A stretch of 64,000 nt of DNA, taken from contig JASGHO010000001.1 of the NCBI GenBank assembly GCA_047602305.1, forward strand, positions 3,151,898-3,215,897, in the 5' to 3' direction. Positions 30,136 through 38,008 of the stretch are shown here, piece by piece. Each line of letters opens with the position of its first letter. The stretch's first letter is position 1. The stretch comes from Ancrocorticia sp. Its GTDB lineage: Bacteria > Actinomycetota > Actinomycetes > Actinomycetales > Actinomycetaceae. The notes under the pieces were generated by a model that had not been told where the DNA came from, did not search any database, and was given only the letters and a program-made list of their open reading frames with translations. A program made the translations under genes and the position numbers.

Positions 30136-30543
30136 GTGCCGATCGAGTTCAAAGTCTCGGCGGCGGTCGACGACCGGGAGTTGTCTGCTCTGCATCATCG
30201 TGCGTTCGGCAAGGGAGCCGAGCAGGTTGTTCCTTGGGGTCAACGGCTGAACCGATGCAGTATTTTCTGGGTGACCGCGGAAGACGATTCGGGTCTTGTT
30301 GGATTCGTGAACGTCGTTGGGGATGGCGGAGTTCATGCGTTCATTCTCGACACAGTCGTCTCCCCGGAGAGACAAGGTGAAGGGATCGGAAGGACTCTGA
30401 TTCAGGTAGCTGCTTCTGAGGCTCGCGATCGTGGCTGCGATTGGTTACACGTCGACTTCGAACCGGAACTCGCGAAGTTCTACTTCGAGCACTGCGGTTT
30501 TCGTTCCACGCAGGCCGGGCTGCTCCGACTCTCAAACCCCTAA
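30136..30543 (+). CDS. GNAT family N-acetyltransferase
   Basis: 'LVGFVNVVGDGGVHAFILDT.V.PE.QGEGIGR.L', 'WLHVDFE..L..FY...CGF'. Confidence 0.92.
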   Translation: MPIEFKVSAAVDDRELSALHHRAFGKGAEQVVPWGQRLNRCSIFWVTAEDDSGLVGFVNVVGDGGVHAFILDTVVSPERQGEGIGRTLIQVAASEARDRGCDWLHVDFEPELAKFYFEHCGFRSTQAGLLRLSNP

Positions 30544-30607
30544 CCGTGACGTCATGCGGTTGAATTGTCCTGAGTTCGCTCCTCGCTCCGGGTACCCCGA
30601 CCCGACC

Positions 30608-30657
30608 GACGACGGCGTCGCCTCGGCACAACTCCCGTGAGCCCGCGGCGCCGTCGT
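30608..30657 (+). repeat. Repeat R3
   Basis: GACGACGGCG...CACAACTCCCGTGAGCCCGCGGCGCCGTCGT. Confidence 0.88.
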
Positions 30658-30671
30658 ACAAGTTGCTCGCT

Positions 30672-30770
30672 GAATCCGCAAAGTCTCTGGACGCAATGTG
30701 TTTCTGCTTGGTAATAGCATCAATCCGATGCCCCAATAAATAAAGTGAATAGAATAAATACGGTTTCCAG
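30672..30770 (+). repeat. AT-rich block A (homolog of 34568-34667)
   Basis: GCAAAGTCTCTGG...CATCAATCC...AATAAATAAAGTGAATAGAATAAATACGGTTT. Confidence 0.8.
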
Positions 30771-30840
30771 AGTGCGGATGGCACCACAGATCCTCCGGCA
30801 GACTTGACTCTGACACCGTGGAAGATTGGAGAGTAGGTAC

Positions 30841-31644
30841 ATGCTTTCCATTGGAGCTTTCGCGCAGATCGGCCAGGTGACCCACCGCCAACTCAGACAC
30901 TGGGACTCGGCCGGGTTGCTCGTACCCGCGCACGTGGATGAGTTCACCGGCTACCGTTCGTATGATCCGTCGCAGCTCAAGCAGCTGCACCGGATCGTCG
31001 CTCTGAGGCGACTTGGTTTCGGAATCGACGATATTGCGGCCATGCTCGACGAGGGAGTCGACACCGACTTCCTCACCAAGCAACTGCGTATCCGCCAGGC
31101 CGAAGTTGAGCGTGAGCACCGGATTGCGGCAGCCAGACTCATCGACGTCGAGCGACGGCTCCACCTGATCGAAACGGAGAATCACATGTCCCAGATAGAG
31201 CTTGTCGAGAAGTCACTACCCGCACTTCGCCTTGCTGCTCGCACTGCCGTTGTTGCCGAGCAACCGGAGATTGCGGGCGTCGTCGGCCCAATGTTTGATG
31301 ACATCGCAGCCATCATCGGTGATGTGCCCGGTACCCTTGATACGCCGGTTGCGCTGTACGAGTCGGTTGAGGAAGGCATGCGGGTCACGGCTGGTTACGT
31401 GTACAAGGGCGAGGCTCGCGAGGGCTTCGACATCGTGGAGATTCCTGCGGCCGGCGCCGCGATTTGTGGAGTCCACCTAGGTTCAATGGATCGCATCGGC
31501 AACAGTTGGCAGGCGCTGCACACCGATCTGCTCGCGCGTGGTTACGTGCCCTCCGCGCCGTGCCGCGAGCTCTACGTTCGTTCATACCCCGAGGATCAGA
31601 CGGACTGGGTGACCGAGCTCCAGCAGCCGGTCGAGCTGCCCTGA
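30841..31644 (+). CDS. MerR family regulator with GyrI-like effector domain
   Basis: 'LSIGAFA....VT.RQLRHWD..GLL.PA.VD..TGYR.Y'; C-terminal 'PCRELY...WVTELQQP'; TTGACT -35 at 30804. Confidence 0.92.
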   Translation: MLSIGAFAQIGQVTHRQLRHWDSAGLLVPAHVDEFTGYRSYDPSQLKQLHRIVALRRLGFGIDDIAAMLDEGVDTDFLTKQLRIRQAEVEREHRIAAARLIDVERRLHLIETENHMSQIELVEKSLPALRLAARTAVVAEQPEIAGVVGPMFDDIAAIIGDVPGTLDTPVALYESVEEGMRVTAGYVYKGEAREGFDIVEIPAAGAAICGVHLGSMDRIGNSWQALHTDLLARGYVPSAPCRELYVRSYPEDQTDWVTELQQPVELP

Positions 31645-31666
31645 GTCTGTTCACCGGCATCCCGTA

Positions 31667-31740
31667 TCGGCCGATGATGTCAGTTTGGCGCCTTGTTTAG
31701 GACTCCTGCGAGCCGGTGCCGCCGTCTATTTGCGAGAGCC
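31667..31740 (+). repeat. Repeat R4 (degenerate)
   Basis: CCTTGTTTAGGACTCCTGCGAGCC...GCCGCCGTC.ATTTGCGAGAGCC; same flanks as R7. Confidence 0.6.
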
Positions 31741-32072
31741 TGACGACGGGCTTGCCAGTAGAGCGGGCGTACTCGATTTCGTGGGTGGTTGGCTTGCCGA
31801 TGTAGCCGCCTGGGTCGACGACGAAGACAGCGTCGGCGAGGTCAATCTTCCTCAGATGAAGCTCGTCGAGGAGCTGCTTCTGTTCGTCGGGATTGTGTCG
31901 CCACTGTGCTGGAACAGCGCCGGGGCCACAACAATGATTCCCGCGAGTGTGAGGTGTTGATTGGCGGCCGCCATCTCATCGCGGAAGCGGGTGGAGCCAC
32001 AAATGCAGACGATCTGCGGCTGGTCTGCGCGCGCCAGCCCGAAGATCGCGGTCATGTCCGGTTACGCGATGC
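31735..32072 (-). pseudogene. Nucleoside 2-deoxyribosyltransferase-like gene, frameshifted copy
   Basis: Homolog of 36980-37402 with a 1-nt deletion near 31890 (TTCGTCGG-GAT vs TTCGTCGGTGAT). Confidence 0.8.
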
Positions 32073-32102
32073 GTGCGCCTCTTTCGGTAGAGAAGAGTGG
32101 GC

Positions 32103-32227
32103 GGATCTCCGTCACTTCCCGTCCAGTGTGAGATCCTCGGACCCGGCCCGGCTCGAACGGGCTGCCACCCTCACCGATGACGGGTAGGGCGCATCCTTAC
32201 CGGGTAGATGCGCCTTGGGCGGGCTCG
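32103..32227 (-). ncRNA. Candidate structured RNA with tRNA-like T-arm, copy 1
   Basis: Minus strand: GAGCCCG/CGGGTCC closing stem, two hairpins, GCCCG-TTCGAGC-CGGGC T-arm, then GGATCTC/GAGATCC hairpin; 123/125 identical to copy 2. Confidence 0.55.
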
Positions 32228-32233
32228 TTGTCG

Positions 32234-32242
32234 ATCGTAGCA
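32234..32242 (-). promoter_or_regulatory. Extended -10 promoter TGCTACGAT
   Basis: TGn-TACGAT 7 nt upstream of the predicted RNA 5' stem; kept as TGATACGAT in copy 2 (37521-37529). Confidence 0.55.
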
Positions 32243-32298
32243 GTGAGAGGTAAGCTCCGGAGATTCAATTCTAGGTCGTGCCGAGTTTCTGGCTTCCT

Positions 32299-32356
32299 AT
32301 GGCGGTGAGAGCGTTCTATCCGGTTATATATCCAGATAGAACGCTCTCACCGCCAT
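32299..32356. repeat. Long hairpin element (22-bp arms), copy 1
   Basis: ATGGCGGTGAGAGCGTTCTATC-CGGTTATATATCCA-GATAGAACGCTCTCACCGCCAT; second copy 50734-50789. Confidence 0.85.
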
Positions 32357-32406
32357 CCGTGTAAAGTTTGTTGTCAGAATTTGACAGGGTAGCGGCCTGT
32401 ACCGAG

Positions 32407-32814
32407 CTAAGCTTCAACCCCACGCAGTGGCACGAGGCCACGGTTCTTGCGGATGTCGCGGTAGTTCCACTGGATTTCACGCACTTCGGCGAGCCAGAGG
32501 CTGAGCGCCTCGACGTCCACCTGGTCCGGTGCGGTGTAACGCAGTTCAGCTGCTTTGAAACTGCCTACGGCTTTCAGCCCGGGTTCGTGGAACGACTGAC
32601 CACTCCAGAACATGATGCGCACCGACGCCTTGAGTGGGCTGTATCCAACAACAGGATTCCCGTCGAAGAACCAGACGGGGTGTGCGTGCCAGATCTTTCG
32701 CGAAGCATCGGGAAGTTCACGTTCGATGACCGAGAGGAGGAGATCGCAGATTGGTCGGGCTTCGGGGTCAAGTTTCGCGTGGAAGTCCCGGATATCTTCG
32801 GGTACTGCTGCTAT
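32407..32814 (-). pseudogene. DUF1801 gene copy with start codon ATG mutated to ATA
   Basis: 408-bp homolog of 37601-38008, open frame, first codon ATA. Confidence 0.7.
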
Positions 32815-32906
32815 GGTGGCCTCCGGTTCTCGTATTGTTTCCTGCCGGGCTAGTCTCGACTGGACTGTCCCCGCTCAGTCCGTTTCGGGACTCCGCCGGT
32901 CCCTGC

Positions 32907-34307
32907 CTAGCTCACCCTCCACGTTGCGCGGGGATCCTTCGGAGAATCACCTTCCCAGATAACGAGGCCCGCATCGCGGAGAGCGTCGAGGTGGCGTAAC
33001 ACGGTTGGCCGAGCAAGATCAACAAGTTCGGTAATCTGGCCGGTTCCCAATGGACGTTGTGCCAGGCGCAAGGCATCCAAAACTCTGATTGCTCCGGCAC
33101 CGAGCGATGTCATAATGGCTTCTGGAACTGCGTTGCTTGCGAGCAAGGTTAGTCGGACTGTCTCGGTCGTCTGAACGTACATGGGATCAGCCAGACCTAC
33201 GCGCCGCATCTCGCTGAATATACGGCGGATGCCTTCACCGAGTTCCTGTGTGATTCCGAGGTCAGCGCAGACGCGTGCAATACGAGGATTCCTCGCATAC
33301 CGGTTGATTGACTCCGGATGCGCAGGATTGGCCATTCCGGGGAATCGGCCAGGGCTAGTAATCTCGATACGGTTCGGAAAAATCTCGACCCTAATATGAT
33401 CGCCGCCGATGCTGTAGGAGCGATGCACGACGGCGTTGACCAGCCCCTCCAGCCACGCATCGGTAGGAATCATGGGGATGCCCTCGAACCGTCCAGAATC
33501 TCCCAGCGCTTGGCGCCGGGGGAGAAGTTCTTGGATCACATGCATTGCCTGAGTGATCTGTTGCGGAATGGAACCCTCACAGCGCGTGTCTGTGCCTTCT
33601 TCGAGAGTGTGAGTACGGCCGGATCCGCGTTCGATGTCGGCATACTTAAGAACTCGAACGTGGGCGCTCGGATAGATGATTTGCGGGCGGTCGGCAAACA
33701 GAAGGTAGGCGGCAACCGTTATTTCGTTATCTCTTGTCAGAAGATCACGGGCTCGGAGGGTGAGTTCGGGAGACGCTGATCCCAGAGCCTGCTGGTATGC
33801 CGCGAGTTGAGCAGCACTGAGATCGGTAATGTCTGTCGACGGAACCGCAGTGCCGTCGAAACGGGTAACTCCTCTATCCCATTCAAGTTCTTGCCGTTGA
33901 GCGAAAGTGAGTCGCCTCGACTCATCGCCAACTCGTTGGAAGCACTCGCCTTTCTTGGACTCGTGTACATGATCGTCCGGTCCCACACGAAAGGCGAGGA
34001 TGCGGCCCTGACTCGTCAACAGTTCCTCTACGCGAACCCGAACAGTGGGCACAGTGAAATCGATGGCTGCTTGCCGTAGATCGTTGTCAGCCTTATCTGA
34101 GACGGGGACTATCTTGCCGTCAGAAAGTCCTGCGACGACGACGCCACCTTCCGAGTTAGCCATGGCGATAAGGGGTACTGCGAGATCTACTGGTTTGATG
34201 ATGCCTGACTTGCGCTCAAACCACTGGCTTTCGGGTAACTCCAACAGGTGTTTGACGGCCTCATCAGGTGGAAGGCCGAGCGCTTGATCTACAGCTGCAG
34301 GAAACAT
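32907..34307 (-). CDS. Schlafen/AlbA_2 domain + HATPase_c_4 + C-terminal wHTH protein
   Basis: 'ESQWFERKS...IAMANSEGG..VAG..D', 'EGLVNAVVHRSY...IRVEIFPNRIEITSPG...RNPRIA...ELGEGIRRI', 'RPTVLRHL..L...GLV'. Confidence 0.85.
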   Translation of the reverse strand: MFPAAVDQALGLPPDEAVKHLLELPESQWFERKSGIIKPVDLAVPLIAMANSEGGVVVAGLSDGKIVPVSDKADNDLRQAAIDFTVPTVRVRVEELLTSQGRILAFRVGPDDHVHESKKGECFQRVGDESRRLTFAQRQELEWDRGVTRFDGTAVPSTDITDLSAAQLAAYQQALGSASPELTLRARDLLTRDNEITVAAYLLFADRPQIIYPSAHVRVLKYADIERGSGRTHTLEEGTDTRCEGSIPQQITQAMHVIQELLPRRQALGDSGRFEGIPMIPTDAWLEGLVNAVVHRSYSIGGDHIRVEIFPNRIEITSPGRFPGMANPAHPESINRYARNPRIARVCADLGITQELGEGIRRIFSEMRRVGLADPMYVQTTETVRLTLLASNAVPEAIMTSLGAGAIRVLDALRLAQRPLGTGQITELVDLARPTVLRHLDALRDAGLVIWEGDSPKDPRATWRVS

Positions 34308-34519
34308 GCTATAACTCTAACATTTTTATAGTAGTTTAGAGTAGCTGCTCGGTGGGGTTGTGATTGGTGTGTAAGGCCCTGTTCTTTTCGTAGCGTTTTT
34401 GCTGGTAAAGGCGTCGTTGCCAGGGTTTGGGTATTGCTCTAATACCTACTCTAAAGACTCTAACATTTTGGCGTTAGAGTCTTTATAGTAAGTGCTCTGA
34501 CGCCTCGCCCGCCGGCGTC
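34308..34519. promoter_or_regulatory. Duplicated promoter block B; leaderless promoter for the AlbA_2 gene
   Basis: Minus strand TAGAGT-TATAGC-ATG (-10 hexamer 6 nt before ATG); homolog of 28547-28756. Confidence 0.7.
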
Positions 34520-34563
34520 TTGTTCACAACTCCCGTGAGCCCGAGGCGCCGTCGTCGTTAATC
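34514..34563 (+). repeat. Repeat R5 (half site, apparent 'empty' site)
   Basis: Left flank matches R1's left flank; right flank matches R3's right flank. Confidence 0.88.
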
Positions 34564-34567
34564 TTGC

Positions 34568-34667
34568 TGAGCCTGCAAAATCTCTGGGCGCAACGCGTTT
34601 GCCTGGTACAACATCAATCCAATATTCAAAAATAAATAAAGTAAATAAAATAAATACGGTTTTCTAG
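34568..34667 (+). repeat. AT-rich block B upstream of the AAA ATPase
   Basis: AATAAATAAAGTAAATAAAATAAATACGGTTTT followed by TATAAT at 34669-34674. Confidence 0.75.
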
Positions 34668-34681
34668 GTATAATTGACATT

Positions 34682-35881
34682 ATGACTCGACGTGAGAACC
34701 TTGGACCCAGCCCGTTTAGCCCGGGGTATGGGAGGCGTCCACTTGTGTTCGGAGGTCACAGCGAAGAGTTTGCGGAGATCTCCGAGGTATTCGAGACGTT
34801 GGATTTCGGTGAGAATCAGTCGATCCTGATTTCAGGTCTCCGCGGTGCTGGAAAGACGTCGATGCTTGCGAAACTGCAGGATGCTGCCAGGGAGAATCAA
34901 TGGCTTGTCATCAGCGACGATGCAAGTTCTGGCCTGATGGATCGTGTCATGGAGACGACCATTCCGGCGCTTCTGGGCACGCTGTCACCTGATACCCGGT
35001 CGCGACTGACGGGGTTGGGGATCTGGCAACTGGATGCTCAATGGGAATATGTAGATAGGCGTAGAGAAGTCAAGCCACTGCTCCGCCGTGATCTTGTCGC
35101 GCTTTCAAATATTCTTCAAGAATCAACGCCGCATGGTGGAATTCTGATCACTATAGACGAGGTGTCGTCGGGCAAAGTTCGGTTGCGGGAGCTTTCGAGG
35201 TTTGCGTTGGAGGTCTCTCACGCGATCAGTGAGGGTGCGAACATCATGATTGTATTCGCAGGGATCAAAGTAGATCTAGATGCGCTCGTTGAGCAGGACC
35301 ACACGACATTTCTGCGGCGTTCGCGTGAGCTTGATTTCCGTAGGCTTACACCGTCGCAGACGCGTTATGTCTTGGCTGAGACCATCCGAATCGGTGGGCG
35401 GATTATTGAAGATGACGCGCTCGAGCTCCTGCTCTCCTTCTCCCAGGGATACCCCTATTTGGTTCAGCTGGCTGGAGACTATGCTTGGCGCCATAATGCC
35501 TCGGCTGAGGAAATCAGCCTTGATGATGCCAGTGCCGCTCACAGGCGTGCGATTACAGCGGTTGAACGGCGTGTTATCAGTCGCGTATATCAGGATCTAT
35601 CCGATAAGGATCAGCAGTTCATAGCCGCTATGGCAGTGGATAATGGGCGGAGCAAGATCTCCGACATCGTCGAAAGGATGGGCGTTTCCGCCCAGTATGT
35701 TCAGGTCTATAAGAAACGGCTCATTGAAACTGGTTATGTCCAAGCGGACGGGCGCGGTCACGTAGTGTTCTCGCTTCCCTACTTGGGAGACTATGTCCGC
35801 GCCATGCTGGAAGAAGATGAGGCACCCCGCAAGGACGGGTGGGAAGACGTCCCACCTCCTCGGGCTTCCGTAGATGGATGA
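34682..35881 (+). CDS. AAA+ ATPase (AAA_16/archaeal-ATPase type) with C-terminal wHTH
   Basis: 'SPFSPGYG..P', Walker A 'SGLRGAGKT', Walker B 'LITIDE', 'SQGYPYLVQL.G', 'Y.KRLIETG'. Confidence 0.85.
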   Translation: MTRRENLGPSPFSPGYGRRPLVFGGHSEEFAEISEVFETLDFGENQSILISGLRGAGKTSMLAKLQDAARENQWLVISDDASSGLMDRVMETTIPALLGTLSPDTRSRLTGLGIWQLDAQWEYVDRRREVKPLLRRDLVALSNILQESTPHGGILITIDEVSSGKVRLRELSRFALEVSHAISEGANIMIVFAGIKVDLDALVEQDHTTFLRRSRELDFRRLTPSQTRYVLAETIRIGGRIIEDDALELLLSFSQGYPYLVQLAGDYAWRHNASAEEISLDDASAAHRRAITAVERRVISRVYQDLSDKDQQFIAAMAVDNGRSKISDIVERMGVSAQYVQVYKKRLIETGYVQADGRGHVVFSLPYLGDYVRAMLEEDEAPRKDGWEDVPPPRASVDG

Positions 35882-36005
35882 GGGCGGAGGCAGCAAACTC
35901 ACTGAAAAGCGAGATTAGGCATCGTCGCTCCTTGATTCGTTGAACCCCGGCCCCTAATATTCCTCCGGCGGACTCAACTCTGGCACCGTGGAGATTCCGG
36001 CAGTC

Positions 36006-36080
36006 GACGACGGCGTCACCCGGTACCTTGGCCACAACTCCCGTGAGCCCGAGGCGCCGTCGTCGTTAATCTGCGAGAGC
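36006..36080 (+). repeat. Repeat R6 (full site)
   Basis: GACGACGGCG...CACAACTCCCGTGAGCCCGAGGCGCCGTCGTCGTTAATCTGCGAGAGC. Confidence 0.9.
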
Positions 36081-36260
36081 TGTGGGACAGGCGTGCCGGT
36101 GGATCGGGCGTACGCGATGCCGAACTTCTGACATTTGGCCAACCGGTGCCTAGAGTCGGTGGCGCAGGTGATTTGCTGTCACATCGCCTATGTCGGGATA
36201 GCGTTTCTTTGGTTGGGACCTATTGGTGGTACACCTCAGACACTGGTGGTACACTCGGGT

Positions 36261-36518
36261 ATGACTACTTCTCTGCCACGTATTCAGGTCACGGTGACGG
36301 AGCCTGTTGCCAAAGCACTGGAGGTCGCTGATGAAACCTGGCCAGGGTTGCAGCGATCCCAGCAGGTTGCCAGGCTCTTGAGTGAAGGCGCGCGTTCTTT
36401 GGCCTCGGCTCAGAAGTTGAGCAAGGAAAAGCGGCGGGAAATTCTTGAGGCCACGCGAGGAATGGTTGCGTATCAGGACGGCTACCTTGATCAGCTCCGA
36501 GGTGAGTGGCCGGAATGA
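36261..36518 (+). CDS. VapB-like antitoxin
   Basis: Small protein 'MTTSLPRIQVT...YQDGYLDQLRGEWPE' with ATGA overlap to a PIN gene. Confidence 0.8.
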   Translation: MTTSLPRIQVTVTEPVAKALEVADETWPGLQRSQQVARLLSEGARSLASAQKLSKEKRREILEATRGMVAYQDGYLDQLRGEWPE

Positions 36519-36895
36519 TCGTTCTGGATGCCTGCGTCTTGATCTCGCACTTCGGTTCAGGCGACACTCACTCCGATCAGGCGCTCGAGATTCTTGTTCA
36601 TGAAGAAGAACTGTTGGTGCATCCGTTAACGCTTGCTGAGGTGTTGGTGGGTGCAGTGAAGCAAGGTGTTTCGGGGCAGCTCATCGAGGCACTTGGGACT
36701 ATTGGGATCGAGCAAGCTGATGTGAATGATGTCAGTCCACTGGAGCTGGCGGCGTATCGAGTCGAAGACGGACTCAAAATGCCGGACTGCTGCGTGCTTG
36801 GCCTTGCGGTGAAACATGGCGCGACGCTGGCAACATTCGACGCCAAATTGGCCAAAGCTGGCCGAAACCACGGACTGGAAGTCATGGGAGCATAG
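36515..36895 (+). CDS. vapC: VapC-type PIN domain toxin
   Basis: 'IVLDACVLI', 'TLAEVLVG', 'MPDCCVL..A......LATFD..L..A'. Confidence 0.9.
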   Translation: MIVLDACVLISHFGSGDTHSDQALEILVHEEELLVHPLTLAEVLVGAVKQGVSGQLIEALGTIGIEQADVNDVSPLELAAYRVEDGLKMPDCCVLGLAVKHGATLATFDAKLAKAGRNHGLEVMGA

Positions 36896-36933
36896 GTGGC
36901 ACTGAGTCTGTTCACTGGCACTTAGCATCGGTC

Positions 36934-37026
36934 GACGACGACGGCGTCGCCTCGGAACCTTGTTCAGAACTCCCGCGGGTCACAACTCCCGTGAGCCCGC
37001 GCCGCCGTCGTTAATCTGCGAAAGCC
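36934..37026 (+). repeat. Repeat R7 (full site, internal duplication)
   Basis: GACGACGACGGCG...CTTGTTCAGAACTCCCG..CACAACTCCCGTGAGCCCG...GCCGTCGTTAATCTGCG. Confidence 0.88.
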
Positions 37027-37402
37027 TGACGACGGGCTTGCTGGTGGAGCGGGCGTAAGCAATCTCGCGGGTGGTTGATTCCCCGATGTAGCCGCCGGGG
37101 TCGACGACGAAGACCGCGTCGGCGAGGTCGATCTTGCGCAGGTGAAGCTCGTCGAGGAGCTGCTTCTGTTCGTCGGTGATGACGTCGCCGCTGTGTTGAA
37201 ACACGGCCGGGGCAACGACGATCTTGCCCGCGAGAGTCAGTTGTTGATTGGCGGCCGCCATCTCGTCACGGAAACGAGTCGAACCGCAAATGCAGACGAT
37301 CTGCGGCCGATCCTCGTACACTGGCCCGAAGATCTCGGTCATGTCCGGGTACGTCATGCGCGGGCCTCTTTCGGTAGAGAAGAGCGGGCGGATCTCCGTC
37401 AC
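36980..37402 (-). CDS. Nucleoside 2-deoxyribosyltransferase-like protein
   Basis: 'IVCICGSTRF...LHLRKIDLADAVFVV...GYIGEST.REIAYA'; start may be internal (MTYPD); stop lies inside R7. Confidence 0.7.
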   Translation of the reverse strand: MTEIRPLFSTERGPRMTYPDMTEIFGPVYEDRPQIVCICGSTRFRDEMAAANQQLTLAGKIVVAPAVFQHSGDVITDEQKQLLDELHLRKIDLADAVFVVDPGGYIGESTTREIAYARSTSKPVVRLSQINDGGAGSREL

Positions 37403-37514
37403 TTCCCGTCCAGTGTGAGATCCTCGGACCCGGCCCGGCTCGAACGGGCTGCCACCCTCACCTATGACGGGTAGGGCGCATCCTTACCGGGTAGATACGC
37501 CTTGGGCGGGCTCG
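37390..37514 (-). ncRNA. Candidate structured RNA with tRNA-like T-arm, copy 2
   Basis: Same fold as 32103-32227; the two substitutions fall in a loop and convert a C-G pair to U-G. Confidence 0.55.
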
Positions 37515-37600
37515 TTATTGATCGTATCAGTGAGAGGTAAGCTCCGGAGATAATTCTAGGTCTTGCCGAGTTTCTGGTTTTCTATGGCGGTGAGACCGGG

Positions 37601-38008
37601 CTAAGCTTCAACCCCACGCAGTGGTAGGAGGCCACGGTTCTTGCGGATGTCGCGGTAGTTCCACTGGATTTCGCGCGCTTGCGCGAGCCAGCGGCTGAGC
37701 GCCTCGACGTCCACCTGGTCCGGTGCGGTGTAACGCAGTTCGGCGGCCTTGAAACTGCCCTCAGCTTTCAGTCCGGGTTCGTGGAACGACTGACCACTCC
37801 AGAACATGATGCGCACCGACGCCTTGAGTCGGCTGTACCCAACAACAGGATTCCCGTCGAAGAACCAGACGGGGTGTGCGTGCCAGATCTTTCGTGAAGC
37901 ATCGGGAAGTCCACGTTCGATGACCGAGAGGAGGAGATCGCAGATTGGTCGGGCTTCGGGGTCAAGTTTCGCGTGGAAGTCCTGGATATCTTCGGGCACT
38001 GCTGCCAT
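37601..38008 (-). CDS. DUF1801 (YdhG-like) protein
   Basis: 'KIWHAHPVWF.DGNPVVGYS.LK..VR.MFWSGQSF.EPGL...GSFKAAE.RY'. Confidence 0.85.
   Translation of the reverse strand: MAAVPEDIQDFHAKLDPEARPICDLLLSVIERGLPDASRKIWHAHPVWFFDGNPVVGYSRLKASVRIMFWSGQSFHEPGLKAEGSFKAAELRYTAPDQVDVEALSRWLAQAREIQWNYRDIRKNRGLLPLRGVEA

Noticed and set aside
32139-32226. Canonical tRNA or tRNA-Sec gene
   Set aside because: The T-arm is canonical, but there is no 5-bp stem/7-nt anticodon loop, the closing stem has a mismatch and there is no CCA.
28751-37026. R repeats as CRISPR repeats or as a bona fide integron
   Set aside because: Intervals are gene-sized and variable. No tyrosine recombinase is in the window and RYYYAAC/GTTRRRY boxes match only partly, so it is reported as cassette-like only.
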